Numbered from the stretch's first letter, positions 1 through 8,697 are shown. The stretch is DNA of 64,000 nt from an uncultured virus (IMG/VR IMGVR_UViG_3300033067_001366) (IMGVR_UViG_3300033067_001366); one strand, 5' to 3'. Translations and numbers: made by a program. Notes: generated by a model not told the origin, from the sequence alone.

Positions 1-111
1 TATGAAGTCGGCAGGGCATGAAAAAAGCACTGCATCCCGAAAGGGCGATCACCCTGGACGCCGCGTTAGCGGGTGCGTGGACTCGACTTCTCCCAATTTG
101 AAGGAACATCA

Positions 112-252
112 ATGATTGACCAATGGACACCAGCAGGCTTTGACGAAGATCGAGATTACGGGAATGAGCCGGAGCCGGAGCGCACGGAAGCGGAGATGGA
201 AGCGGAGCGCGCGCGATGGGCCGCGATGGTCAACGAACCGGCAGAGTTCTAA
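112..252 (+). CDS. Small acidic hypothetical protein (46 aa)
   Basis: AAGGAA RBS, ATG at 112, TAA at 250-252; MIDQWTPAGFDEDRDYG... Confidence 0.5.
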   Translation: MIDQWTPAGFDEDRDYGNEPEPERTEAEMEAERARWAAMVNEPAEF

Positions 253-362
253 AGATTTCCCGCAGTTATTGCCGCCCGGCTGCGAGGGAACGATAAGGGG
301 CGGATGCAACGGAGGAAGCCGGGCGGATCGGGACCGCCCGGCAAGTCACAGAGGGGTGAGAG

Positions 363-1004
363 ATGAGCGCACAGATTTACGAATTGATGCCGAAGGTTAT
401 GGCGGACGTTGGGGCCATTGAGAAGGGCCGCAAGAATACTCAACAGAACTATGCGTTTCGCGGCATTGACGATGTGCTGAGCGCGTTTCAGCCCGTGCTG
501 GCAAAGCATCAGGTGTTTTTCATCCCTGAAGTGCTGAACAAGGAAGTTACCGACCGCGAAAGCAAATCCGGTAACGTGCTGATTTACACAACGCTTCAGG
601 TCGCCTACACGTTTTACGCGCCGGACGGGTCGAGCGTGCGCGCTGTCGTTGTCGGTGAGGCAATGGATTCGGCGGACAAGTCCAGCAACAAGGCAATGAG
701 CGCGGCGCTGAAATACGCACTCCTGCAAATCTTCTGCGTGCCGACGGAAGCCAATGAAGACGCCGACGCAACAACGCACGACGTTAGACCGCGCCAGCCG
801 GCAAAGCCTGCCGCAACCAGGCCGCAAGCCGTGCCGCCCGCCGCTGATGCTGCGCCATCGCCCACAGTGTTTTGGCAATTACAGAAAGCCGGGAACGTTC
901 CAAAAGAGCAGGCTCAACAGATCGTCAACGCCTGTCCGAATGACTGGACAGAGGCGGTGTCCCGACTGAAGACCGTTATCGCGGAAATTCAAAAGGCCGC
1001 GTAA
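363..1004 (+). CDS. erf: ERF-family ssDNA annealing protein
   Basis: AIEKGRKNTQQNYAFRGIDDV...GEAMDSADKSSNKAMSAALKYALLQIFCVPT..DAD is the ERF signature. Confidence 0.9.
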   Translation: MSAQIYELMPKVMADVGAIEKGRKNTQQNYAFRGIDDVLSAFQPVLAKHQVFFIPEVLNKEVTDRESKSGNVLIYTTLQVAYTFYAPDGSSVRAVVVGEAMDSADKSSNKAMSAALKYALLQIFCVPTEANEDADATTHDVRPRQPAKPAATRPQAVPPAADAAPSPTVFWQLQKAGNVPKEQAQQIVNACPNDWTEAVSRLKTVIAEIQKAA

Positions 1005-1032
1005 CCAGCGACCTCGGTGTCGAAGGAGAGAG

Positions 1033-1407
1033 ATGTCGTATTCATACTCGTTTAATGAAGAGAGCTATACCGGCCAATTTGATACCCGCGAGGGTGCGAT
1101 CAAAGAAGCGATGGCGACGATTGACGAAGGCCGCACGGCTTTCTGGACGGGGTCGAATCGAAAACCGGAGTTTGACCTGCACGCACTGGACGGCGACTTG
1201 ATCATCGAAGGCCTTCAGGATTCCGAAGATGACTTGATGATCGAGCAGGCCGACGAATGGCCGAACGCGACCAGGGCGCAGGTGGACGATCTGACCGCGA
1301 CTCTTCGCGCGGCGTTTAATCAGTGGGTTTCGCGGCACGAGCTTGAGCCGAAGTTCTGGCTGGTTGAAAACGTGCAGGAGCATCAAGTTGGCGCAAAGGC
1401 GCTGTGA
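1033..1407 (+). CDS. Phage hypothetical protein
   Basis: AAGGAG RBS, protein-like composition. Confidence 0.7.
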   Translation: MSYSYSFNEESYTGQFDTREGAIKEAMATIDEGRTAFWTGSNRKPEFDLHALDGDLIIEGLQDSEDDLMIEQADEWPNATRAQVDDLTATLRAAFNQWVSRHELEPKFWLVENVQEHQVGAKAL

Positions 1408-1444
1408 CTATCAATCGTTAATCGGTGACATCAAGGGGGCACAG

Positions 1445-1765
1445 GTGTACTACGAAGATCAACAAGCCGATGAGGCGGCATTTCACGAAGCAATGGCAAA
1501 CGAAGCCAGCCTTACGGCAGAAGCGACCAAGCCTGACCTGGCCACATTGCGCAGCGACTACGACGCGCGACGGCAGCACGCCGATGATGCGGCAGAGCGC
1601 TATGGAGTCAAGTTTGCCGAGCTTCAAGCGCAGATCCAGCAACTTGAAGAGCAGTGGGCCGAATCAAACGCCGAGCTGATCAGCGAATACCATCAGATTG
1701 GCGCGGATTCCCGCCCGCCAGTAGTTGACTCGCTCCGCCCCGATGGGGCAGGCGCTCGTTTCTAA
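1445..1765 (+). CDS. Coiled-coil hypothetical protein, possibly truncated
   Basis: GTG after AAGGGGG; helical heptad pattern that decays at the C-terminus. Confidence 0.5.
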   Translation: MYYEDQQADEAAFHEAMANEASLTAEATKPDLATLRSDYDARRQHADDAAERYGVKFAELQAQIQQLEEQWAESNAELISEYHQIGADSRPPVVDSLRPDGAGARF

Positions 1766-1832
1766 CATTCCGCCGCCCCTTCGGGTTTTCTCGAAGTGGG
1801 CTGGCGGCGAAATAACAGGAGATTTATAGATC

Positions 1833-2213
1833 ATGGGCACTAAAAACAATCCAGGTGATTTTGACTGCTACACCAATGCCGACCCAGATGAACCGATGTT
1901 TATTCTACTTGGGCGTGACCCGCTTGCGCCCCTTTTGGTTGAGATATGGGCCGACGTGAGGGCTGCTTTAGTCGGGGGCGGCCCAAAGATCGCAGAGGCG
2001 CGAAACTGTGCGCGTACAATGCGCGAATGGCCCGTCACGAAGAAACTGAACCATAAGATTAAACCTGAAGAGTCGTTGTACTGGGAAGTCGTCAACGCGA
2101 TTGTCCAGTCATACCTTGGCGCAGAAGCGGAGAAAAACGGTATCACCACCCCCGATGCTCTTACGCCATCCGGCGTGGCGAGCACGGGGCAGCGGGGCGG
2201 GCGGGATACATAA
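1833..2213 (+). CDS. Conserved phage hypothetical protein (DEPMFILLGRD family)
   Basis: AGGAG RBS; MGTKNNPGxFDCY..DEPMFxLLxRD motif recalled from phage proteins. Confidence 0.75.
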   Translation: MGTKNNPGDFDCYTNADPDEPMFILLGRDPLAPLLVEIWADVRAALVGGGPKIAEARNCARTMREWPVTKKLNHKIKPEESLYWEVVNAIVQSYLGAEAEKNGITTPDALTPSGVASTGQRGGRDT

Positions 2214-2332
2214 GGCAGCCCTGGCCCGCCTCCATTCCGCAGGCGTCGCTAAGTCGCGCCGCACTGCTTCACTGCCGGGGGCCGGGGGTCGTCGTCGGCC
2301 CCTACAGGGCGCGCCTCCTTCTTTGAACTCAG

Positions 2333-2956
2333 ATGAATAGATCGCTTTATGAAATCAGCGCCGATCTTTCCGCGCTGGAAGACGCACTGCTGGAATCCGG
2401 TGGGGAAGCAGATGAGCAGCTTGAAGCGTGGTTTGATCAAATCGGCGAAGAGCGCAATCGAAAAATAGTTGATTACTGCAAGCTGATTGCCAGTCTAGAA
2501 GCAGGCGCAGAGAGGTGCGAGACGGAAATTGCCCGCCTCGCTGCACTACGCTCGGCTCAAGAAAACGCAGCTAGGCGGCTGAAGGAACGACTGAAGGCCT
2601 TCTTCGAGGCGCACGGTCTGGTCAAACTACAGCTTGGCATTTTCAATCCGCGCATCCAGTCCAACGGCGGCAAGGCACCGCTGATAATGCCCGCGAAATG
2701 GGCGGGAGATCCGGCCAGCGCGCCGGAAGCGTTCCAGCGCCGGGCGGTCTTCGTGGACGCCGAGGTCGTGCGAAGTGTTGTTACTGCCAGTTCGGACGGC
2801 CTGGTTTGTCCCTCCTGCGGTGAAGAGATTGTGGTTGACGCTGAGGAGGAGAAAACACCAGAGCCCAAAGTTTTAGCTTGTTCCTGCATGTGGACAGGAA
2901 GCCGCGAGGAGGCGGTGCAACTAGGCGCGCGTGGCACGCACCTTCGGTTGCGCTGA
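2333..2956 (+). CDS. Siphovirus Gp157-family protein with C-terminal Cys-cluster insertion
   Basis: SLYEISADL...KIVDYCKLIASLE...EIARLAALR...RLKERL, ending RGTHLRLR; CPSC...CSC insert. Confidence 0.8.
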   Translation: MNRSLYEISADLSALEDALLESGGEADEQLEAWFDQIGEERNRKIVDYCKLIASLEAGAERCETEIARLAALRSAQENAARRLKERLKAFFEAHGLVKLQLGIFNPRIQSNGGKAPLIMPAKWAGDPASAPEAFQRRAVFVDAEVVRSVVTASSDGLVCPSCGEEIVVDAEEEKTPEPKVLACSCMWTGSREEAVQLGARGTHLRLR

Positions 2957-3097
2957 CGACGAAATACCTAATCAACAACAAGCGCGGCGAGTACCTGCTG
3001 GCGCCCGTCATACTCGACGAGTGGTTGGAAGGGAAGTGCAAGCGGGGACTAGAAAAGCCCGGCGGATCGCCACTGGTCCGTCGGGCAGGGGAGTGTT

Positions 3098-3493
3098 ATG
3101 GCAGATGATGATTCGGTCGAAATGCGGGTGGTCACGCATCCGATGGTGGATGGGTTTACCGACGCGCATTTGCGCATTCTGGCAGGGCCAAACGGCTCCG
3201 GTGGAGTGCCGCATCATTACGTGGTTACCACAAGGAATGATCTCGCAACGCCTCCGGTCGTGATCGGCGAGATTCGATTGCAGGAGGGACCTGTCGCCGA
3301 CGGCGTCAATGGAATGCTCAATACGACGCTGCTTCTGATCGTTCTCGACTTTCTGCAACAGGCTCAAAAGGGTCTTCTGCCGAGTCGCGAGACTGCGCTC
3401 CAGATCACCGAGATTGAGAGCGTGCTTCACTGGTCCAAGCAGCGCGAGCTGGACCGCAAGAGTCGAAGCGTGCTCGGCACGTACCAAAAGTAA
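3098..3493 (+). CDS. tad1: Tad1/Acb2-like nucleotide-signal sponge (anti-Thoeris/CBASS)
   Basis: GSGGVPHHYVV, IRLQEGP..GVNG, LLLIVLD, SRETALQITEIESVLHW, R..DRKSRSVLGT follow the Tad1 motif order as recalled. Confidence 0.75.
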   Translation: MADDDSVEMRVVTHPMVDGFTDAHLRILAGPNGSGGVPHHYVVTTRNDLATPPVVIGEIRLQEGPVADGVNGMLNTTLLLIVLDFLQQAQKGLLPSRETALQITEIESVLHWSKQRELDRKSRSVLGTYQK

Positions 3494-3706
3494 TAACGCA
3501 TTCGCTTAGGCCTCGCGACTGATCGAGTCTGTATGGCCGTCTGATCGAAGCGATCGTCCTACCTAATCTACGTTCGCTTCGATCTTCATTCGCGCAATCC
3601 AACCCCGCACGCGACGTTTGGTGCCCCTCGGTCGCGTGAACCAAATTTACTATCGAGCTGCCCTGAGCTCGCATCGCGCTGTCATTTTTGGCGCAATGGT
3701 ATAAGT

Positions 3707-4801
3707 GTGGCTTTTGTTCCGGACCAAATGGTACGCGAATTCCGCGAGGTGTCCTCGATCGCTCGATCGATCGCGTACTACTATTGCCTGCACGCCAACC
3801 AGACAACTGGCGAGTGCTGGGTCGCGCAGAAAACGGTCGCGGAGGATCTCCAGTATCGCCTGGATCACATCAAGACCTACGAGGTTGAGCTAATCGCAAG
3901 AGGCTGGATCGAAATCACGCCCGATCCTCGGCTGGGCCGAATCGTCCGAATCGTTAAGGGCTGGCAGTCTGTCGAGGAACGTCGTCAGAAGCGCAGAGGC
4001 GTTGCCGGTGCCGTTGCTGCCGTGCCCGAAGATTCCCCAAATTTTGGGAAATCGCCTTCCCAGAATTTGGGTAAAACTTCCCAAACTTTGGGTAAATCTT
4101 CCCAAAATTTGGGCAAGTCTTCCCAAAATTTGGGAACGCATGATAGGAAGAACCAGTCTTTTAACCAGCCTCTTAACGAGCCAATTAACCAGCGCGATCT
4201 TGCGCGCGAAAATGGCGAGCAAGAAGGTGCGCAAATCGATCAACCGGGTCCGGATTCTCCGGCCAGTCTGGTCGAAGAGATTTTCGAGACTCGCCTCAGC
4301 ATTTTCACCAGCGAGCAGCTCAACGCCGAGATCACTGATCTGACTGCTTGGCACGCTGTTCTGGTCGAGTGGAAATTGAACGACAAGTGGTCGCCCACGA
4401 ATTATGCCGGAATGAGGCGGCATTACCGGGAGTATGTGGTGAAGGCTGCAAAGTCTTCAGGGAATGCCTATGTTGGCGCTGCGCCGACAAAAGCGCCCAG
4501 GTCGCAATCGAAGGCGGCGAAGAATGCGTTGCAACCTTTGCCGGATCCTCCTGAGGTCTGGTCGCGTCTGCTGGCTGATCTTCAAAGTCGACTGCCGGCT
4601 GCGCCGTTTACGACTTGGTTCAAGCCTCTGGGGTTTGTTGCGCTCGACGAAGCGACGCTGACGGTGCGCGCGCCGTTTCCAGTGTTTGAGGATTGGATTT
4701 TAAATAATTTCCGCGAAGAGTTTCAGCTTGCAATGAGTGCCGTCGGGATCGAAGCCGAGTCGGTGGTTTTTGAATCAGAGGGCGATCCGGCCGAGCGTTG
4801 A
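3707..4801 (+). CDS. Phage replication initiator: N-terminal HTH, internal iterons, C-terminal DnaA_N-like domain
   Basis: CWVAQKTVAEDL HTH; SQNLGK repeats; WSRLLADLQSRL...FTTWFKPL...LTVRAPFPVFEDWILNNF resembles DnaA domain I. Start may be ATG 3728. Confidence 0.8.
   Translation: MAFVPDQMVREFREVSSIARSIAYYYCLHANQTTGECWVAQKTVAEDLQYRLDHIKTYEVELIARGWIEITPDPRLGRIVRIVKGWQSVEERRQKRRGVAGAVAAVPEDSPNFGKSPSQNLGKTSQTLGKSSQNLGKSSQNLGTHDRKNQSFNQPLNEPINQRDLARENGEQEGAQIDQPGPDSPASLVEEIFETRLSIFTSEQLNAEITDLTAWHAVLVEWKLNDKWSPTNYAGMRRHYREYVVKAAKSSGNAYVGAAPTKAPRSQSKAAKNALQPLPDPPEVWSRLLADLQSRLPAAPFTTWFKPLGFVALDEATLTVRAPFPVFEDWILNNFREEFQLAMSAVGIEAESVVFESEGDPAER
4036..4134. repeat. Replication origin iterons: five quasi-palindromic CCCA(A/G)ANTTTGGG units
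   Basis: Units at 4036, 4059, 4080, 4101, 4122 (21-bp period after the first), followed by TTAAC(C/G)AG 12-bp repeats at about 4151-4192. Confidence 0.8.
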
Positions 4802-4840
4802 TGCTAATCGGCGCTCGCCAGGTTTATTTTTGGAGGAAGT

Positions 4841-5068
4841 ATGGCCAGGAATTTTCAGCGCATTCAGGTACGTCGCCGATTATTCGGCGTTCGGGTTGGC
4901 CAGATGCTGGTCGGCGTAAAGGAGTACAAGACCAGGGTGATGCCCGATCCCGCCGGGAAGGGGTTGTCGTTCCTGCTGACGTCTCAGGGGGCGTTCCGGC
5001 CATCTTTCTGGGGGACTGTTGATCGTCTGGCTGTTCGTAGGGAGATTCTTCGTCGGCTTGATTCGTAG
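4841..5068 (+). CDS. Small basic hypothetical protein
   Basis: Strong GGAGGA RBS before ATG. Confidence 0.6.
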   Translation: MARNFQRIQVRRRLFGVRVGQMLVGVKEYKTRVMPDPAGKGLSFLLTSQGAFRPSFWGTVDRLAVRREILRRLDS

Positions 5069-5097
5069 CATTTCTTCGAAGGGTTAAGAGGGGCACA

Positions 5098-5391
5098 TTG
5101 AAAAAGAAAGAAATTGCAGACGCGATAGGCTCTGGGCCGCCAGATGATTCGGTGTCGGGCGCGCGCCCAGGACCGGCCAGTCCCGACCTGGTTGATATTC
5201 TCTGTTTTCGCTGCGTTGGACGCGGGCGAAGAGGATTGGTGGGGCAGATCGAGAAGTACGACCATCACCTGGTTATTCAAACCGCAATTAAAGTCAGAAG
5301 ACCGCTGGCGATGCTGATTATTAAATGCCATCGCTGCGGAGAGTGGGTGGAATATCCGCTGGGATTGGTGGGTGATGTGGGCCTTCTGTGA
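5098..5391 (+). CDS. Zinc-finger protein, Mu Com-like
   Basis: CFRC...IIKCHRCG; GAGGGG RBS before TTG. Confidence 0.55.
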   Translation: MKKKEIADAIGSGPPDDSVSGARPGPASPDLVDILCFRCVGRGRRGLVGQIEKYDHHLVIQTAIKVRRPLAMLIIKCHRCGEWVEYPLGLVGDVGLL

Positions 5392-5398
5392 AAAAGCG

Positions 5399-5428
5399 TT
5401 GCACTGTCGGCACTGTTTAGTGTAGTCT
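5399..5428 (+). promoter_or_regulatory. Putative sigma70-type promoter for the late operon
   Basis: TTGCAC-N18-TAGTCT in the intergenic gap before the metacaspase. Confidence 0.35.
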
Positions 5429-5558
5429 CCGGCTCGATTTTGCGCGGCGAGAGCCCAACGGCCAAAAACGTCGCGCGCTACAACCAGATCCCGAGAGGAC
5501 GAATAGTCAGGACCACGGTCCAGAGATTGTTCGTCCTCTTTTTGTTTTATGGGGACTT

Positions 5559-6386
5559 ATGCCGAAAATTGCAGCGCTGTTTGTGGGCATCAATAAGTAT
5601 CCGGCACCGAATCGGCTCGCCGGTTGTGTGCCGGATATTAAAAGCCTCACTCCCTGGCTGACGCAAAATCGCGGCCTGATTCCAAAGTACACGCACACGC
5701 TGCTCGACGGGAATGCCACGCGGGGCAGTATCATCGGCGGCCTTCAGTGGCTTGCTTTTCAAAATGCCGACACGTCGTTGTTTGTTTATTCAGGACACGG
5801 CGCACAGGTCCCGGATCTGGACGGGGACGAGGATGACAAGTTTGATGAAGCGATTGTTCCGGTGGACTTCCAGCACGCCGGACTCATTACCGACGACGTG
5901 CTCCAGCGCGAATACCTGAAGTTTCCGTCTGACAGCAAGCTGGTAATTCACTTCGACTCCTGCCATTCGGGTAATTCCGACCGCTCCTTTTCCTTGGCGA
6001 TCACGGAAGCCTTCTACAAATTCAGCGGCAAGCGTAAGCCTCGGTTTATCAAGCCGGATCAGATCACCGAGCAGGCCTTGAAGGCGACGCAGGATGGTCC
6101 ATCGGCCCGTTGGCGTAAGTTGCCGGCAGAGACGAGGCGCGAGGTGGTCCTGCTCGCGGGCTGCCGTGATTTCGAGACCAGTGCCGACGCGTACATTAGC
6201 CGAGCCGTGGGCTATCGCGGCGCATTCACTTATTACGTCGAGCAGGCGATCCGCACGCTCGGTCCCAATGCTACCTACACGCAAATTTCTGCGGAGACTC
6301 AGCGCCTATTGGGCGAACGAGGTTATTCGCAAATTCCGCCACTGAAGGGGCCGGCCGAATGGCTGTCTGCTCCGATTTACTCTTAA
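5559..6386 (+). CDS. Metacaspase (peptidase C14)
   Basis: ALFVGINKY, LAGCVPD, YSGHG (catalytic His), DLDGDEDDKFDEAIVPVDF acidic loop, DSCHSG (catalytic Cys), ETSADA, GAFTY, QIPPL. Confidence 0.95.
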   Translation: MPKIAALFVGINKYPAPNRLAGCVPDIKSLTPWLTQNRGLIPKYTHTLLDGNATRGSIIGGLQWLAFQNADTSLFVYSGHGAQVPDLDGDEDDKFDEAIVPVDFQHAGLITDDVLQREYLKFPSDSKLVIHFDSCHSGNSDRSFSLAITEAFYKFSGKRKPRFIKPDQITEQALKATQDGPSARWRKLPAETRREVVLLAGCRDFETSADAYISRAVGYRGAFTYYVEQAIRTLGPNATYTQISAETQRLLGERGYSQIPPLKGPAEWLSAPIYS

Positions 6387-6393
6387 GGAGCTT

Positions 6394-7443
6394 ATGTTCA
6401 GACAACGTGTTCTTACTTACCTGGGTGTTATCATCGCTGTTTCTGGCGCGGTCGCCGGTCATCTTCAGACGATCAGTCCGACCGCTGCCTTGTGGGTAAT
6501 CCTGATCGGCGCGCTTGCCACTGCGGCTGGTGGCGCAGTTACTAAATTTCTGGAATCCAATCGCGCTGTGACGGTCACGGGCGTGCTGGTTGCTGTGCTG
6601 GGCGTGCTCGGCCAGGCGTCCAATCTGATCGGCAACAAGTGGGCGCAGGTGGCCGTGATTGTCGGCGCGGCCTTTACTGCGATTGGCAAATCTCTTTTCG
6701 GATGGACCGACGATGCGCCTGTTATCGGCTCCGGCGTTCCGACTCGGAGCGCTTTCGGTCTGTTGCTGATCTTTGCGCTGGGGTTCAGTTCTGTGGCCTG
6801 CAATTTCAAGAAGGTGGAGCGACCGCTGACCTCGGCCGGTTATAACTTCCAGATCACGATTCTGGCAGCCGCGCGGACGACTGGCGCGATTCGTGAGTTG
6901 AAGCCTGGTTCGATCCAGGACGATAAGGCGCGCACGCTGTTCGAGTCGTTGCAGAAAACTAGCCAAATTGGCCAAGGCTTCTCCCAGGCAATTGATAAGA
7001 CTGTCGAGGTGAATCCGCAGAGCAAGGTCGCGCTGCTGGACGAGGCCGAGCGCTATCTCAAGCAGGTGGACTCGACGATCGCTTTAATTGATTCGAGTAA
7101 TACTCGGCTCCGCAATGGCCTGCTGGTTGTGCGAGAGATTGCGGTCGCATTCAAGCTCTCGATCGCTGCGATTGAGATCACCACGCCGACGCAGAAGGTT
7201 CTGGCCGACGTCACTAAGGCGAAGGGTATTGCCGTCACAACCTCCGGGACGCGTGATATCAACGACACGGTCGCCCTGGTGAATGCGCTGGGCGTGATCT
7301 CCGCTGATTTCGCTGCCGACGTGGTAGCTCAGAAGGGGCTAGATGTGGCGGCGCTCAGGTCCCTGCGTGATGCCAAGTATAACGCGGTTCAATCTTATAT
7401 TGCCGAGCAGCTTGCCAAGATTCCGGCACCATCGAAGCTGTAA
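6394..7443 (+). CDS. Membrane protein: about 4 TM helices, internal lipoprotein signal, helical domain (holin/spanin-like candidate)
   Basis: AAGGAG RBS; two repeated TM hairpins; RSAFGLLLIFALGFSSVA-C lipobox-like segment. Confidence 0.65.
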   Translation: MFRQRVLTYLGVIIAVSGAVAGHLQTISPTAALWVILIGALATAAGGAVTKFLESNRAVTVTGVLVAVLGVLGQASNLIGNKWAQVAVIVGAAFTAIGKSLFGWTDDAPVIGSGVPTRSAFGLLLIFALGFSSVACNFKKVERPLTSAGYNFQITILAAARTTGAIRELKPGSIQDDKARTLFESLQKTSQIGQGFSQAIDKTVEVNPQSKVALLDEAERYLKQVDSTIALIDSSNTRLRNGLLVVREIAVAFKLSIAAIEITTPTQKVLADVTKAKGIAVTTSGTRDINDTVALVNALGVISADFAADVVAQKGLDVAALRSLRDAKYNAVQSYIAEQLAKIPAPSKL

Positions 7444-7486
7444 TCCGCAGCGACCGCTCCTCACTTCTTCCCCTATTGGAGACGTG

Positions 7487-7789
7487 ATGAAACCGTACCA
7501 CTTTCGTGCCTCAAGGAATCTCGACGACGTGCTACCAGCGCCGGACGACAATTCAAGTATTTTCAGTCCGGCTGTGGCTGTGCTCTCAGGGCTGATCGCC
7601 CAGATGGCGTTTATCGTCCCGAGCATTCCTGGCTGGGTAATTCAAACGATCATCGGGGTGCTTACTGGTCCGCTGGTCTTTGCGATTAACAAGTGGATCG
7701 GTCGCGTAATGGACGACCGACGTGAAAGGAGACTGCGGCTTGCTGAGCAACAGCGTGCCGCCGAACTAAGTCGGCCTGCTGAAAAGTAG
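7487..7789 (+). CDS. Small 2-TM protein with basic tail (holin-like)
   Basis: GGAGA RBS; two hydrophobic segments then DDRRERRLR. Confidence 0.55.
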   Translation: MKPYHFRASRNLDDVLPAPDDNSSIFSPAVAVLSGLIAQMAFIVPSIPGWVIQTIIGVLTGPLVFAINKWIGRVMDDRRERRLRLAEQQRAAELSRPAEK

Positions 7790-7806
7790 GCCGCGCATTT
7801 TTCAGG

Positions 7807-7903
7807 ATTGGCGAGCCGTCGCCCAGAGACGTCAGGGATGCTGGCTCTGGAAATACCAAGGGGGCAGACGGGGCAACGGATCCTCCTTGGTAGGCTCGCC
7901 AAT
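7807..7903 (+). ncRNA. Candidate structured RNA (three-way junction)
   Basis: P1 7807-7817/7893-7903 (11 perfect bp); P2 7823-7828/7845-7850; P3 7854-7864/7882-7892 (11 bp, one G-U). Confidence 0.55.
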
Positions 7904-7937
7904 AAAACTTGTTTAGGCTGATCCCTCCGGGTCGATC

Positions 7938-7987
7938 GCCGTCACGATACGCACTGGCAGTAGTGCGCGCGTGACGGCTTTTTGTTT
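7938..7987 (+). terminator. Rho-independent terminator or attenuator
   Basis: GCCGTCACG...CGTGACGGC stem followed by TTTTTGTTT. Confidence 0.7.
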
Positions 7988-8419
7988 ATGCAGCAAGAAG
8001 TAATCAAAGTGAAGCCAAGATCGAGACGAGCGCCATCCTTCAAGGTGTATTGGGAGCTGGGGACGCACACGGTGAATGCCTCACAGTGGCAGCGGGCGGT
8101 GCTCTGCGGCTGGATCGTGCCGGTTGATCCAATGGATGGCACTAGGCCTCGTATTGCCGGTCTGGCGCGTGGCGTGGTCGCTCGGCTGAAAGACGGCATT
8201 TTGCTGTTGCATGACGCTGAGGTCGACAAATCGGTTTCGATCTATACATCGTGGGCTTCCATTGATCGGCTTGCTCCTCCGCGTGGTGAGTTTTATCAGC
8301 GAGAGATCGAAAACCAGTATGGCGATCGCAAGTATCGAGCCTGGGACTCCGGGTTGCCCTGGTATGACCGGTGTCCGGGGCCTCTGCCAGTGCCAATGAC
8401 CACCGTGGGGACTGTGTAA
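7988..8419 (+). CDS. Hypothetical protein
   Basis: Coupled to next ORF by TAATG overlap. Confidence 0.55.
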   Translation: MQQEVIKVKPRSRRAPSFKVYWELGTHTVNASQWQRAVLCGWIVPVDPMDGTRPRIAGLARGVVARLKDGILLLHDAEVDKSVSIYTSWASIDRLAPPRGEFYQREIENQYGDRKYRAWDSGLPWYDRCPGPLPVPMTTVGTV

Positions 8420-8697
8420 TGAGTAACGAGCTTCCAAAGTCTCCGACGAAGGAGAACCGGTTTATCTCCGAGCTGCTCATCACTCCAGATTCACACGTGA
8501 CACTGCCGTTGCATCTGCACGACGCGGGGTTTCTTCCGGACCGGTACAAGTCGGTTCTGGTGTGGTGCGCTGAGGGTGGCCGCCTGTTGGCTCGGATGGG
8601 TATTTTTACTGGACTGGATTGGCGTGAAACTCCCAACGGGTTTTTGATTCGCGATCCGCTCTATTGGGCGGAAGTGCCTATTCCTGGGAACGGATAA
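8419..8697 (+). CDS. DUF551-like small protein
   Basis: LP...VLVW...YWAEVP pattern; TAATG coupling at both ends. Confidence 0.55.
   Translation: MSNELPKSPTKENRFISELLITPDSHVTLPLHLHDAGFLPDRYKSVLVWCAEGGRLLARMGIFTGLDWRETPNGFLIRDPLYWAEVPIPGNG

Noticed and set aside
3608..3645. Classical H-type pseudoknot
   Set aside because: A 1-nt loop cannot span the 8-bp stem; treated as alternative pairings
4036..4134. Mini-CRISPR
   Set aside because: 21-bp period with ~8-bp spacers inside an initiator gene fits iterons
7807..7903. Hammerhead ribozyme
   Set aside because: A GAAA junction is present but no CUGANGA core or UH cleavage site on either strand
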